From an uncultured Aliarcobacter sp. (GTDB lineage: Bacteria; Campylobacterota; Campylobacteria; Campylobacterales; Arcobacteraceae), in assembly GCA_963664305.2 (NCBI GenBank), contig CAXXLV010000002.1:1-64000 (forward strand): 64,000 bases of DNA, given 5' to 3'. Numbering within the stretch: the stretch's first letter is position 1; every line of letters starts with the position of its first letter. Under the pieces are notes generated by a model. The model had not been told where the DNA came from. It did no database searches and saw nothing but the letters and a program-made list of their open reading frames with translations. Both the position numbers and the translations under genes were made by a program. This document shows, piece by piece, positions 62,894 through 64,000 of this stretch.

Positions 62894-64000
62894 TTGATAT
62901 TTAGAAAAAAATTAAAGTTTCTTATTTTCTTATTATTACTTGTCTCAACAATATCTTATTCAAAAGAATTAAAAAAAGTTACATTACATTTGTCTTGGTT
63001 TGACCAATTTCAATTTGCTGGTTATTATATGGCAAAAGAAAAAGGTTTTTATGAAGAATTAGGATTAGATGTAGAAATTATTCCTTTTCAATTTGGTGTA
63101 GATATCCCAAAAGAAGTAAGTGATGGAAAATTTGATTTTGCTGTGGGAAGAGAAACTTTAATTTTAGAGCGAACAAAAGATAGAAATATAGTTGCTTTAT
63201 ATGCACTTTTTCAAGCAACTCCATTAATTTTGATTAGTACAAAAGAATCAGGTATTAATACTATTGAAGATTTCTCAAATAAAAGAGTTATGACAACTAT
63301 TGATGATTCAAGTGAAGTATCATTAAAAGCAATGATTGTATCAAACAAAGTTAAATTAGAAAATTTAAAATTTCTAAAACACACTCATAACATAAATGAT
63401 TTAATAGATAAAAATACAGATGTGATTTCTGCATATATCTCAAAAGCACCATATGAACTTCAAAAAAAAGGTATAGAATATAATGTTTTTGATCCAAAAA
63501 AATTTGGATTTGATATGTATAGTGATATGTTATATACAAGTGAAAATTTAATTAATAATGATTTAAACACTGTATTATTATTTAAAAAAGCATCTTTAAA
63601 AGGTTGGGAGTATGCTTATTCAAATATTGAAGAGAGTGCAAATTTAATTATAGAAAAATATAACACTCAAAATTTAAAGAAAAGTGAACTTATTTATGAA
63701 GCTAAAGAATTAAGAAAATTATCTTATTTTAATACAGCAAATTTAGGTGAAATTAAAAAAGATAAAATTCAAAGAATATATGACTTATATAATCTAATGG
63801 GATTAATTCAAAAACCAGTTGATTTAAATAAATTTGTATTTGATTTAAATAATCTAAGAAATTTAACTTTTTCAGATTTTGAAAAAAAATATTTAGAGCA
63901 AAGAGATATCATAACTATGTGTGTTATTCCAAATGCGATGCCATATAGTGATATAAAAGATGAAAAATTTGTGGGATTTGTAGCTGATTTTATTTCATTG
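62894..64000 (+). CDS. NMT1/THI5-like periplasmic binding-domain protein, probably the N-terminus of a sensory signalling protein; 3'-truncated and absent from the ORF track
   Basis: TTG after GAGGA; signal/TM segment, then KKVTLHLSWFDQFQFAGYYMAKEKGFYEELGLDVEI...ASLKGWEYA; a second PBP-like domain begins (EKKYL...ITMCVIPNAMPY...GFVADF); frame is open to the window end. Confidence 0.8.
   Translation, partial: MIFRKKLKFLIFLLLLVSTISYSKELKKVTLHLSWFDQFQFAGYYMAKEKGFYEELGLDVEIIPFQFGVDIPKEVSDGKFDFAVGRETLILERTKDRNIVALYALFQATPLILISTKESGINTIEDFSNKRVMTTIDDSSEVSLKAMIVSNKVKLENLKFLKHTHNINDLIDKNTDVISAYISKAPYELQKKGIEYNVFDPKKFGFDMYSDMLYTSENLINNDLNTVLLFKKASLKGWEYAYSNIEESANLIIEKYNTQNLKKSELIYEAKELRKLSYFNTANLGEIKKDKIQRIYDLYNLMGLIQKPVDLNKFVFDLNNLRNLTFSDFEKKYLEQRDIITMCVIPNAMPYSDIKDEKFVGFVADFISL

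Noticed and set aside
8585..63539. Other short ORFs nested in or antisense to larger genes (e.g. 8585, 11135, 17758, 20086, 20695, 30709, 31138, 39735, 40599, 40727, 41674, 41718, 46427, 47365, 51142, 52080, 54308, 55585, 56203, 58595, 62483, 63351)
   Set aside because: They overlap well-supported genes and show no motifs; typical shadow frames

Overview
AT-rich epsilonproteobacterial chromosomal window, most likely Arcobacteraceae (inferred from the Campylobacter-type tmRNA tag ANNTNYAPAYAKAA and the tig-clpP-def...comM and purL...purH gene order). (1) 1-11406 is the 3' part of a giant T1SS/RTX-type adhesin with about 14.8 apparently identical 561-bp repeats, a vWA domain and an RTX-like tail. 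(2) 11.4-20.3 kb holds accessory regulators, transporters and oxidoreductases, including an unannotated methyltransferase remnant behind cspA. (3) 20.3-33.9 kb, next to the 3' end of ssrA, is a tricarboxylate-type uptake/sensing/catabolism cluster (USP, TctD/TctE-like pair, two TctC proteins, fused TctA-TctB, PrpF-family isomerase, TauE, MCP, OprD-like porin, RraA-family protein). All seven of its promoters carry the same element, TGCAAG-N5-(T/A)GA(C/A)AG-N10-TAnnnT, so a whole regulon can be read from the sequence. (4) After tmRNA comes a tight CASDH-rubredoxin-nspC-ppk2-ppk2 run, in which the second PPK2 has an N-terminal domain resembling an integrase arm-type DNA-binding domain. (5) The rest is core genes (tig, clpP, def, comM, era, ctsE/F-like, corA, folE, peptidoglycan enzymes, purL, purH), with an Amt-GGDEF fusion and a sensor-type ORF running off the end. 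No CRISPR array, rRNA, tRNA, intact transposase or integrase was seen. All family calls come from motif recognition, not database searches.
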